From: Eledone cirrhosa
Taxonomy: Eukaryota
Direction: 5' to 3'
DNA: 64,000 nucleotides
Assembly: GCA_964016885.1 (NCBI GenBank)
Contig: OZ024743.1
Coordinates: forward strand, 213,218,001-213,282,000
Both the position numbers and the translations under genes were made by a program. Under the pieces are notes generated by a model, which was not told the DNA's origin, did no database searches, and was given only the letters and a program-made list of their open reading frames with translations. Below are positions 12,761 through 25,574 of the stretch, one piece after another. The first letter of the stretch is position 1. Each line of letters begins with the position of its first letter.

Positions 12761-13056
12761 CATAAATGTATTCCCATATATTAAGACCATTAAACGGCGT
12801 GTTCCTGTCACACACCCTTAATCAGAAATATACATATGTACGCATGTACATGGAAACTTACAAGCATGGACACAGACATGGATACGTGCTGTTTAAGAAA
12901 TTTGCTTAGCAACAACACGGTTGCAGGTGCGATCAGGTTGTGTGACACATTTGCAGCAAATTTCTTCCGCCATAGCGTCAGACTGACCAATGATTTGTGA
13001 ATGGAATTTAGTAGACATAAACCGCATCGAAACTCATCGTAAATATATGCATTCGT

Positions 13057-13076
13057 TTATCTATCTATCTACCTAC

Positions 13077-13110
<34 letters not shown>
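13057..13110. repeat. (TATC)n microsatellite upstream of Tx1 copy 1
   Basis: Direct reading. Confidence 0.95.
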
Positions 13111-13335
13111 CTCTCTACGATGGACACATGTGCTGAGCTCGCTCGGTAAGTTTTTGTTTAAATTCATACGGAAATTGTAAACTGTAAACTTTCATTTTTG
13201 TATCATTTTGTAGAGGGACTGCCAGGTCAAATTTTGATCTGGTCGGTCTCTCAAAATATTCTGCGCCTTTGGGCGAAATAGTATTGTGAACATTTTATCT
13301 TTCGAAAAACTTCGAAAAACCCTATTTTGAGAAAA

Positions 13336-13509
13336 ATGGCTGAAGCATCTTCACCATCAATCAAAGAAGGAAAGGGGAAGTCATACTCACAGCTTCCCCC
13401 TGCCACTGTCACAGCAGCAGATGCCAAAGGCAGAGGTCAGAGAGAGGAAGAATTGTCTTCACCTGTTGACCGACCACTAGATGTAGCCACAACTACACAA
13501 GAATTTGAA

Positions 13510-13540
<31 letters not shown>

Positions 13541-15186
13541 GCAACAATAAAGACAGCAAAAACAACAACAACACAAACGTCACAAGTATCCACACACGAA
13601 ACGAGAAAGACAACAACAACAACAAAGATGAAAACAACTCAAACGACGAGAAACAAAACAATACTAATATCCAAAACGAAAACAAAATATCTTTTGCACA
13701 AACGGCTAAATTATCAGTCGCTTATGTGCTGGAAGATATTTCAAAAGCAAAAGAAATGCTGGAAAAAGCCAAGAAATATGTGTCTTTTGGCGAAAACGGA
13801 TCGTTTTCTATACATTCACCTCCGGAGCTAAAAAGACAGACGGAATTACGAACTGTCGTATTCCGAACAATTTTAAATAAAACAAAGAAACCAGCGCAAC
13901 CATCTCAAGCAGAAACTCAGTTAGTCTTGAAAGACGCGATGAGAGACATCACTTTCATACAAAAGGATAAACTCTATGGGAGTTTATCCATATTGATGAA
14001 AGACGAATTGGCGGCAAAAAAATACTCTGTGTCGCCAATTCGGTCCACACACTACACCTTCTTCCCCACCTACATGGGTAAAAAAACCCAGAGGATATGG
14101 ATAACCACCATCACCCCAAACATAAACTACTGGTGGTTACTAACCGGTTTCCTCAATTTAGACGAGGACAACCTCATCTCAATAGGGAAGGCATCCGGCG
14201 ACGCGTTCAGTGGAACGAGCCTCGAAGTTCTGACCCAAATAAGGCCAGAACGCATCGCCCAAATCCCTGAGCGCGTCATGCTGGATGACCGTACCCACCT
14301 CAACATTATTGTGGAGGGTAGGCGTCCCTCCTGTTACCTCTGTGGCAATAGAGGTCACCTGAGGGCTGCCTGTCCCCAGCTCACACAGAAAAAAACACTG
14401 CTACCAACACCAACACCACCCCAACTACAACAACAAAAACAACCACAACAACAACAAAAACCAACAACCCCACCACCACCACCACCACAACAACAACAAC
14501 AACAAACACGTGAAAAAATAACACAGAATACTGTCCCACCCAATCCCTCCCCACCCAAAACAAATACAAAAACACGCACACCGCAAACACTACCAGAAAA
14601 CATACCCCTCCCACCCAACAAGGAAGACGAACCTCTTTCGTCGCAAGACGAAAAAGATCCCTTCCAACAAGTAAAAAGAAAGAAGAGGAGACGCACCACA
14701 GACACACATGTTAACTTTAACCCCCCCCAAGAGAACACAAACTACACACAAACCACCCCTCCCTGTCACACAACACTAACTGCTACACAAAAAAAGACCT
14801 TACAATACACATACATGAACACAGACAACAAAGAATTACGGAAAACAATTTCAGCAAACCCTTCGGTCCAAACTGAAGGGCCAAACTTTATAACTGCTGT
14901 GGGACTACCTCATTTGAAAATGATAAAAGTCCCAATGCACTTGTACAAAACACTGAAAATAAATTTCACGGAGGACGTGGGCCCCCCCTGCGCCAAACCA
15001 ATCAACCGCGTCCTCCTAAAAAATTTCACCCCCCCACCCCACCCAGACACCCACTCAACGACAAACACCCCAACCCCACAACACACCGATGCCCCTTCAC
15101 TTCCACAAACCACAACCCCACCCAACAACCCATCCCCAACCAGCATGGAAATTGAGCGGCCCGTTTCCCGGGACGCAGAGAGGTAA
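13336..15186 (+). CDS. Tx1 ORF1 (gag-like, CCHC zinc knuckle)
   Basis: Open frame from ATG 13336; CYLCGNRGHLRAAC knuckle, basic KRKKRRR, Asn/Gln/Pro-rich disordered tracts. Confidence 0.9.
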
Positions 15187-15210
15187 GTGCCTTTTCTCTT
15201 TACCACCAAC

Positions 15211-18200
15211 ATGGCTGTGCTAAGAGTAGGGTGTCTAAATGCGCGTGGCCTGGGCTCGTCTTGGAAGCAAGCAATGCTTCTAAATGACCTCAGGTCACAA
15301 TCTATAAATGTGATGGTTATCTGCGAGGCCCGGATCAGCAGCATGCGACAGCTAGCCCCCACCTTTGACGACTTTGAGATGCACGCATCTCTCTGTCAGC
15401 CCGGAGGTGGGGGTGGGGTTGTCGTTCTGCTGCAAAAACATATGGGCCTTGCAACACAGATAGTTCACTTGGACCCAGGGGGTCGACTGGTGGTGCTGGA
15501 CCTTGGCAGTGGTGAAGGTAGAGCCCTTAGGCTGATAGCCGCATATGCCCCTTTTGGGACAGAGCGGCCCGACTTTTTCCAGCGTCTGGAGTCTTTTCTA
15601 GGGACGTCCCGTTCCCTGCTTTTAGTGGGGGATTGGAATGGTATCCTGGATGCACGTTGGGACTATGCAGGGGCATGTCCCGATAGAGAGGGGTGCAACA
15701 GCCTCAAGGGGTTACTCGGCCGATTTGACCTGGCCGATAGATTTCGACTAGATTTTCCGACGGTGCCAACCTGGTCTTGGTCAAATCGCAGCGGATCATC
15801 TAGATCGTACCTAGATAGATTTTTAGTTAGAAATAAGGACAGGGACTTTTTAAGTTGTCCAGAAATGCTCATGGTTGGCTATTCAGACCACAAGTTGGTG
15901 ACCTGCATGGTCAACCTTGATAGAACGCATAGACAGGGCCCCGGTTACTGGAAGCTCAACTTGTCCTTGCCGGCAAGTAGAGCCTACAGGAATCGGATTA
16001 GTACGTTAGTTAAGGAACGGTTGACTGGAGCGATCGTCAACAGCAGGTGGTGGGTATCTCTAAAGAGAGAGATTAGAGTAGTCTCGATTGAATTTAGTAA
16101 GGTTCTAGCTGCGGATAGGAATAGGAAGGAAAGGGAGCTAATAGATAGAGTAGAAGAGGCAATTAGAAGCGGAGACGTGGCCAGAGTGCTAGCGTCGAGA
16201 ACGGCTTTGAGCCAGTTTTTCGACGCGAAGCACGAAGGCTGCGTTGTCCGAAGTAAAATACGTGCTCTAGGGAACGAGGGGGCCAAAGCTGTTAGCTGGG
16301 CCCGCGTGACAGAGGCCAACAGTGGAACTAAATCCACCATCCGGTCTTTGCGAGACCTGGATGGACGGGCGATTCTTGAGCCTAAGCAGATGTGTGAGGC
16401 CTTTCAAAGGCACTTTGCCCGACTGTTCGGGAGGGGCGGGGAGCCGGTTGGAAACGTGGACTTCGGTCCATACCTCGACGGCCTGCCGCGCCTCTCGGAC
16501 AGGGAGGCGAAGTCTTGCGAGGAGCCGATTTCGGCCGCTGAGATAGAGGACGTGCTGGGCCAATGCGGCAAACGCAAATCCCCGGGTCTCGATGGTCTTC
16601 CTTACGAATTATATCTAGCTATGCCGGACTTGTTCCCCGATCTCCTCGAGGCGGTCTACTGCAACTGGCAACAGAACGGGAGAATTCCCTGTACTGTGAC
16701 CAAGGGCGTAGTCACGCTAGTGAGGAAGGACGAGAACAAGGGGGACGAAATAAGTAACTTCAGGCCCATAACTCTGCTAAATACAGAGTTACAGATTTTG
16801 GCCAAGGTGCTAGCAAAGAGGTTGGCGCTTGTCGTGGGCAACCTGGTGGGAGATGCGCAGACATGCGCTATCCCGTCCAGGTCCATCCATGACAACCTCC
16901 ACCTCATGCGATACATCATAGAGAGGGTTGGGAACGAACCCGGCTTTGGTGGGGCTCTGATCAACTTGGATCAATCTAAGGCGTTCGATAGGGTCGACCA
17001 TGGTTACCTGGATGCGGTGCTAGCGGCGGCAGGCTTCGGACCCGTTTTCAGGGGCTGGATCACTGCTATGCACAGCAGCCGCATCTGCTCTAGGGTCAAG
17101 GTGAACGGCTACCTCTCGGAGCCGTTCAAAATCGCGCGGTCCATCCGACAAGGGTGCCCTCTCTCCTCCCTTCTGTATGTGTTGACTCTCGAGCCACTAC
17201 TGCGGAAGTTGGAGTTGTTGCAGGGCATCCCTTTGGAACCGGGATTGCGGAAAGCGGTGTCGGCCTACGCCGATGATGTGACAGTAATGGTGTCGACGGC
17301 CTCCGAAATCGAGGCGGTCGGCACCTTACTGGAGGAGTACGAAAAGTTCACAGGGGCTAAGCTGAACCGGGACAAGTCGATCGGTTTGCAACTCGGCACG
17401 TGGAGGGGCAGACCGATGCCCTCCGATGGCGTCGTCGGACGCTGGACGGAGGGCCCGGTGAAGTTGCTCGGGGTCTGGTTCGGACCGGACCTCCAGGTGG
17501 AGAAAAACTGGGCGGAGGTTACGAACAGGGTGTTTGCACTGACCCAGAAGTGGGCCAGTTGCAAACTATCCCTGAAAGGTCGGGCGGAGGTGGCGAACAC
17601 TTATATAGCGTCCGTCATCTACTACCGCCTGACCGTAGTGCCCTGCCCAAGGGAAACCCTCACCAAGATGGAGCGCGCGCTCTTCCAATTCCTTTGGAAG
17701 GGGCGGGCTCCTATGGTGAGGAGATCCATCTGCTGTCAACACCCTTCGAAAGGAGGGCTGGGGATGCCGTGGCTAATGATGCGTAAACACGCATTAAGGC
17801 TACGGCACCTCTACGTATTCCTCACCGGACAACCGGTGTGGGCCTCGTTTGTGAGACGAACCTTTCCCAGACTCGTCTCACTCACCGAGCTGCAATCCTG
17901 GGTCAAGCAAAGACCGAGAAAACTGGGCGCCTGGCACACTGAGTGTGCCCAGGCGCTCACCGCCCTCTGGCAGGCGGATCCGGTTATCAGTGGAGACTCC
18001 ACCGCAACATTCTATAGAGGGCTGGTACGCAGCAGGTGCAACGACGCCCTCGGAGAAGCCCTAGACATGGAGGAGGACGAACTGGCCAGCCTGTTCGGTA
18101 GGACATTCAGCCCGGGACCTATGGACAACTTCCAGAAGTCCCTGGCCTGGCAGTGCTACCGAGGGGCTTTACCCGTTCGAGAAAGGCTCTACAGACACGG

Positions 18201-18649
18201 GCGCCCGGGTAGGGACCCCGCCAAAAAGATCTGTCCCAGATGCGTGTGCTCACGAGGAAACCGTTGCACACGCATTGGTACACTGCTCGGGCGTAGCCGA
18301 TCTGTGGGGCTATGTCGAACAACTGCTGTCAAGGGTGGGACCGATCCGGTTGACCACCGAGTCTATTGTAATGATCAAGCCGCCTCCCCCCTTCAAAGAT
18401 GAAGCAGAGGCGGTGTTTCTGTGCGTAATAGCCATGGCGAAAGAGGTTGTATGGTGGACGCGTCTGAAAGGACTGAGGTCAGGCACCTTTCTCTCTGGCC
18501 AACAACTGGTCCGTTTCTTCCGATATCATTTCGGAAGAAGGATCAGGATGGAGAGAGAGGTGCTCCACCCCAGTCGTTTTTATGAAAGGTGGGTGAAAGT
18601 GGCGAGAATGGCCCGTGTGAATGGGCCTTCTCTTTACATAAGCCTGTAG
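15211..18649 (+). CDS. Tx1 ORF2: APE endonuclease, reverse transcriptase and C-terminal CCHC; one 1-nt frameshift near 18250
   Basis: LNARGL, GDWN, SYLDRF, YSDH; KSPGLDG, FRPITLLN, DQSKAFDRV, QGCPLS, YADD; CPRC..ETV.H..HC restored by comparison with copy 2. Confidence 0.93.
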
Positions 18650-18912
18650 GTGGAAAAGAGGAAGGAACGAGGGAGCACCCCCTCTCTGTGCTCCTGAGGA
18701 AAAGGGTTGCACACTTTTTTCGGGGGTGTGTGCGACCCCCCAAGGCGCATCCTCTCTATTGAGGATTTTGTTAAAAATTTTATTTTTTGTTATATCTTAT
18801 TTTATTTTTATATTTTGTTATTGCCTCCTCCTTATTGAGGACGCCTTTTTGTGTAAACTCCCCCCTTTGTACTTGTCCCACTATTGATGCCCTAGTGGCA
18901 AATAAAAGAAAC

Positions 18913-19042
<130 letters not shown>

Positions 19043-19262
19043 CTCTTTACGATGGACACATGTGCTGAGCTCGCTCGGTAAGTTTTGTTTAAATTCATAC
19101 GGAAATTGTAAACTGTGAACTTTCATTTTTGTACCATTTTGTAGAGGGACTGCCAGGTCAAACTTTGATCTGGTCAGTCTCTCAAAATATTCTACGCCTT
19201 TAGTCGAAATAGTTAAACAAAAAAAAAAGTTTTTTCTTGTTGAAAAATCAATATTTTTTTAA

Positions 19263-21059
19263 ATGGCCGAAGCTTCTTCACCAAAATTCGAAGGAGGAAA
19301 GGGGAAGATAAACTTACAGCTTCCCCCTGCCACTGTCACAGTAGCAGAGGTCAAGAAGAAAGGTCAGCCAGAGGAAGAATTCTCTCCAGCTGTTAACCGA
19401 CAACTTGACGTTGCCATGGCAACAACCCAAAGAACCAGCGGCACCAGCAACAGCAACAACAACAACAATGAGACGGACGAAAACAACACCAATAACAATA
19501 ACAACAACAACAAGACCAATAACGGTGACAACAACAACAATGATAACAACAACACCACCAACGACAACAACAACACAAACAAACAAAATTTTTCCTTCGC
19601 CGAGACGACAAGGAAAACCCTCGACTATCTGCCAGTAGATATAACCAAAGCGAAGGAGCTACTGGCAGATGCGAAAAAATATATAGTGTACGGAGAAAAT
19701 GGTTCATTCACAATCCATCCCCCCCCCACGGAACTAAAAAGCCAGAGACTCCTAAACACGGTCATGTTTAGGACAATCTCGAACAAAAGTAAAAAACCAG
19801 CTCAACCATCACAGAGTGAGATAGAGCTGGTTTTAAAAGACGTCATGAAGGACATCCCCTTCATTCAGAAGGATAAACTCTACGGGAGTCTATCCATTCT
19901 CATGAAGGACAGGGACACAGCAGTGAAACTGTCCATCAAACCAATCACTTCCACCGCATACACCTTCTACCCTACGTACATGGGTAGAAGAACACAAAAA
20001 ATAAAAATCCACACCATCCTGCCGATTATGGACATATGGTGGGTTTTGACAGGTTTCCTGGACCTGGAGGATGACATGCTGGTGTCCATGGGAAAGGCAT
20101 CGGGTGACGCGTTCAGTGGAACGAGCCTCGAACTTGTAGTTCAAATGAGGCCCGAAAGGATCGCCCAGATCCCTGAACGCGTCATACTGGATGATCTAAC
20201 CTTCATGAACATTACCGTTGAGGGTAGACGGCCCTCGTGTTACCTCTGCGGAACCAGAGGTCACCTGAGGGCTGTCTGTCCCCAACTTAATAAGAAAACC
20301 CCAATCCTGCCTACACCACCAACAACTGCACAACCAACACAATCACCACAACTACCACTACAAAAACAACCACCACAGCTCAAACCAAAACAAAACAATG
20401 TCCAACCCATCCCCTCCACTCAAAAAACAAAAACAATTTCCAAAACACCCGCACCGCAAACACAACCCGAAAATATACCCCTCCCCTCCAACGCGGAAGA
20501 TGACCCTAGTTCGTCGTCAGACGAGGAGGAGCACTTCCACACAATCAAAAGAAAAAAAAGAAAACACACCTCAGACACACAAATGAAAACAACCCCTCCC
20601 CAAAACATAACACTGACACCAACACAAAAGAGCTCACAACAACAGCAAACAAAAAACACCACACAAAAACAAAAACATGCATACACATACATAAACACAA
20701 GAAACAAAAAACTGTTAAACATTGTGTACAACAACAATCTAATAAAAACACAAGGGCCTAACTTCACCCAGGCAGGGGATTTCCCTCACCCCAAAATGAT
20801 TAAGGCCCCACAGGACACCTAAAAAACTTTAAAAAACAATTTTAAAGAGGACGTGGGTCCCACCTGCGTCGGGCCCATTAACCGCGTCCTCCTAAAAAAC
20901 TATCCCACCCCCTCCCCAAACACCCACACAACTCCAAGCTCCCCAACCACACAACACACTGATGCCCCTACACTTCCACAAACCACCACCCCACCCAACA
21001 ACCCATCCCCCACCCTAATGGAAATTGTGCAGCCCGATACCCGGGACGCAGAGAGGTAA
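19263..21059 (+). pseudogene. Tx1 ORF1 copy 2 with in-frame TAA at 20820-20822
   Basis: CYLCGTRGHLRAVC knuckle; TAA aligns with TAC of copy 1 and the frame continues to ..RDAER*. Confidence 0.88.
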
Positions 21060-21083
21060 GTGCCTTTTCTCTTCACCACCAAC

Positions 21084-24000
21084 ATGGCTATGCTAAGAGT
21101 AGGTTGTTTAAATGCGCGTGGCCTGGGCTCAACTTGGAAGCAAGCAATGCTTCTAAATGACCTCAGGTCACAACGTATAGATGTGATGGTTATTTGCGAG
21201 GCCCGGATCAGCAACGTGCGACAGCTGGCCCCCACCTTTGATGACTTTGAGATGCACGCATCTCTCTGTCAGCCCGGAGGTGGGGGTGGAGTTGTCGTTC
21301 TGCTGCAAAAACATCTGGGTCTCGCAACACAGATGGTACATTTGGACCCGGAGGGTCGACTAGTGGTTCTGGACCTTGGCAGTGGTAAAGGCGGAGCGTT
21401 TAGGTTGGTAGCCGCCTACGGCCCTTTCGAGTCAATGCGGCTGGACTTCTTCCATCGTCTGGAGACTTTTCTAGGGACGTCCCGCTCCTTGCTATTAGTG
21501 GGGGACTGGAATGGTATCCTAGATGCACGCTGGGACTACGTAGGGGCCTGCCCCGATAGAGAGGGGTGTAATAGCCTCAAAGGGTTAATCGGTCGATTTG
21601 ACCTGGCCGATAGATATCGACTAGATTTTCCGACTGCGCCAACCTGGACTTGGGCAAATCGTAGCGGATCATCTAGGTCGTACCTAGATAGGTTCTTAGT
21701 TAGAATTAAGGATAAGGACTTTTTAAGTTGTCCAAAAATGCGCATGGTTGGCTATTCAGACCACAAGTTAGTGACCTGCATGATCAACCTTGACAGAACT
21801 CATAGACAGGGACCCGGTTACTGGAAGCTCAACTTGTCCTTACCGGCAAGTAAGGCTTACAGGGACCGGATTAGCACTTTAGTTAAGGAGCGGTTGACGG
21901 GCGCCATCGTCAACAGCAGGTGGTGGGGATCTCTCAAATGAGAGATTAGAGTAGTCTCTATAGAATTTAGTAAGGAGTTAGCCTCCAATAGAAATAGGAA
22001 GGAAAGGGAGTTGGTAGATAGTGTAGAAGAGGCAATTAGAAGCGGCGACGTGGCCAGAGTGCTAGCGTCGAGAACGGCTCTGGGCCAGTTCTTCGACGCG
22101 AAACACGAAGGCTGCATCGTCCGAAGCAAAATACGTGCTCTGGGAAACGAGGGGACCAAAGCTGTTAGCTGGGCCCGCGTGACAGAAGCCAAAAGAGGGT
22201 AGATCCACTATCCGGTCTTTGCGAGACCAGGATGGACGGGTGATCCTTGAACCTAAGCAGATGTGCCAGGCTTTTCAAAAGCACTTTGCCGGATTGTTCG
22301 GAAGGGGCGGGGGGCCGGTTGGGGACGTGGACTTCGGTCCATACCTCGACGGCCTGCCGCGTCTCTCGGACAGGGAGGCGAAGTCCTGCGAGGAGCCGAT
22401 TTCAGCCGCTGAGATAGAGGACCTGCTGAGCCAATGCGGCAAACGCAAATCCCCGGGTCTCGATGGTCTTCCATACGAACTATATCTAGCTATGCCGGAC
22501 TTGTTCCCCGAACTCCTCGAGGCAGTCTACTGCAACTGGCAACAGAACGGGAGAATTCCCTGTGCTGTGACCAAGGGCGTAGTCACGCTAGTGAGGAAGG
22601 ACGAGAACAAGGGGGACGATATAAATAATTTCAGGCCCATAACTCTGCTAAATACAGAGTTACAGATTTTGGCCAAGGTGCTAGCAAAGAGGTTGGCGCT
22701 TGTCGTGGGCAACCTGGTGGGAGATGCGCAGACATGTGCTATCCCGTCCAGGTCCATCCACGATAACCTCCACCTCATGCGATACATCATAGAGAGGGTT
22801 GGGAACGAACCCGGCTTTGGTGGGGCCCTGACTAACTTGGATCAATCTAAGGCATTCGATAGGGTCGACCATGGTTACCTGGATGCGGTGCTAGCGGCGG
22901 CAGGCTTTGGACCCGTTTTCAGGGGCTGGATCAATGCCATGCACAGCAGCCACATCTGCTCTAGGGTCAAGGTGAACGGCTACCTCTCGCAGCCGTTCGA
23001 AATTGCGCGGTCCATCCGACAGGGGTGCCCTCTCTCCTCCCTTCTGTATGTAATGACTCTAGAACCACTGCTGCGGAAGTTGGAGTTGTTGCAGGGCATC
23101 CCGTTGGCCCCGGGATTGCGGAAAGCAGTGTCAGCCTACGCCGATGACGTAACAGTAATGATGTCGACGGCCTCGGAAATCGGGGCGATCGGCACCTTAC
23201 TGGAGGAGTACGAAAGGTTTACAGGGGCTAAGCTGAACCGGGACAAGTCGATCGGTCTGCAACTAGGCACGTGGAGGGGCAGATCGATGCCCTCCGATGG
23301 CGTCGTCGGGCGCTGGACGGAGGGCCCGGTGAAGTTGCTCGGGGTCTGGTTCGGACCAGACCTCCAGGTGGAGAAGAACTGGAGTGAGGTGACGAACAGG
23401 GTGTTTGCACTGACCCAGAAGTGGGCCGAGTGCAAACTGTCCCTGAAAGGTCGGGCGGAGGTGGCGAACACTTATATAGCGTCCGTCATCTACTACCGCC
23501 TGACCGTTGTGCCTTGCCCAAGGGAAACGCTCGCCAAAATGGAGCGCGCACTCTTCCAATTCCTTTGGAAGAAGCGGGCTCCTATGGTGAGGAGATCCAT
23601 CTGCTGTCAACACCCTTCGAAAGGAGGGCTGGGGATGCCGTGGCTAATGATACGTAAACACGCATTAAGGCTACGGCACCTTCAGGTATTCCTCTCCGGT
23701 CAACCGGTGTGGGCCCCGTTTGTGAGGCGAGCCTTTCCCAGACTCGTCTCACTCACCGAGCTACAATCCTGGGTCAAGCAAAGACCGAGAAAACTGGGCG
23801 CCTGGCACACCGAGTGTGCCCAGGCGCTCACGGCTCTCTGGCAGGCTGACCCGGCTGTCAGTGGAGAATCCACCTCGTCATTCTATAAAGGGCTGGTGGT
23901 TAGCAGGTGCGACGACGCCCTCGGAGAAGCCCTAGTCATGGAGGAAGACGAACTGGCCAACCTGTTCGGTAGGACATTCAGCCCGGGACCCATGGATAAC

Positions 24001-24519
24001 TTCCAGAGGTCCCTGGCTTGGCAATGCTACAGAAGGGCTCTGCCCGTTCGAGAAAGGCTCTACAGACACGGGCGCCCGGGTAGGGACCCATCGAAAAAGA
24101 TCTGTCCCAGATGCGTGTGCGACGAGGAAACCGTTGCACACGCACTGGTACACTGCTCGGGTATTGCCGATCTGTGGGGCTATGTCGAACAACTGCTGTC
24201 AAGGGTGGGACCGATCCGGTTGACCACTGAGTCTATTGTAACGATCAAGCCGCCTCCCCTCTTCAAAAACGAAGGAGAGGCGGTGTTTCTGTGCGTAATA
24301 GCCATGGCGAAAGAGGTTGTATGGTGGACGCGTCTGAAAGGACTGAGGTCAGACACCTTTCTCTCTGGCCAACAACTGGTCCGTTTCTTCCGATATCATT
24401 TCGGAAGAAGGATCAGGATGGAGAGAGAGGTGCTCCACCCCAGCCGTTTCTATGAAAGATGGGTGAAAGTGGCGAGAATGGCCCGTGTGAATGGGCCTTC
24501 ACTCTACATCAGACTATAG
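21084..24519 (+). pseudogene. Tx1 ORF2 copy 2 (APE-RT-CCHC) with TGA at 21939 and a 2-nt deletion near 22200
   Basis: Colinear with copy 1 ORF2; RT and C-terminal zinc finger uninterrupted from 22219. Confidence 0.9.
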
Positions 24520-24787
24520 GTGAGGAAGATGAAAGACCAAGGGAGCACCCCTTCTCTGTGCTCCTGATGGGAAGGGTTGCACACTTTTTTCGGGGGTGTG
24601 TGCGACCCCCCAAGGCGCCTCCTCTCTATTGAGGACTTTGTTATAAATTTTATTTTTTGTTATATTTTATTTTATTTTTATATATTGTTATTGCCTCCTC
24701 CTTATTGAGGACGCCTTGTTTTGTAAACTCCCCCCATTGTACTTGTCCCACTTTTGATGCCCTGGTGGCAAATAAAAGAAACATATC

Positions 24788-24828
<41 letters not shown>

Positions 24829-25574
24829 TAATTTTTTCCCTCAAATGACTGACTGAACACGCACGTGCTTTTTATCCAAAATAATGTTTTTCCGTTTCTA
24901 TTTCTACCTTTTCTCGCTCTCCTCCATATTTATATTTCTTTTATTTTTCTTTCTACTTTCTGATGAAGGACTAGTGCATGAAACTTCTGGTGTTTACGTA
25001 CGCAGCATGAGGTTAGTTTGAACATTAGCAGGACTTACGAGTATGAGCCGAAAGGTCCATAAGCTGACTATGAAGGAGTGATGAAAGAGCTGTGAAACCT
25101 TGCATGCATTAATCTCAACTCATCTTATTAATAATTGCATTGTTTCCTCTCAGGGACTATGTTAAAAAATAAACCTCATTTGGTCATTCCATGAGAGTGT
25201 CTTAGTCAGCCTATGAACCTTTCAGCTAACCTTCATACTGACTGGTTATATCAATATCATGCTTGTAAAATATATAGGATCACGAGAAAGGTTAACATAG
25301 ACAAAGTAATGAACGAGCCGATGGCGACTTTAGCCTCACACACGAGAAAGAAGAAACATCTCCCAAAACATTCCACCAGTCTGAAAATCGTATGTGAATA
25401 GAATGATACTAAAATCAGGATGAGCAAGATAGTGGTGATGGAGGGTTGCAGAGCCCCAGGCAACGTCAACCTCGACATCAACAAGTGATAAAAGAATAAA
25501 ATAACAAATTAATGTATGTATGTATGTATGTATGTATGTATGTATGTATGTATGTATGTATGTATGTATGTATG

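Larger units (their letters stand above)
19043..24783 (+). mobile_element. Full-length Tx1/L1-clade non-LTR retrotransposon, copy 2 (diverged subfamily)
   Basis: Same termini and organisation as copy 1; followed by (TATC)n at ~24785-24828. Confidence 0.95.

Noticed and set aside
14355-14738. Antisense ORFs inside Tx1 ORF1/ORF2
   Set aside because: Shadow frames of AC-rich or GC-rich coding sequence.
24960-25000. CTGATGAAGGACTAGTGCATGAAAC hammerhead-like string
   Set aside because: Stem II does not pair and no stem III/NUH/stem I can be assigned; at most a decayed relic.
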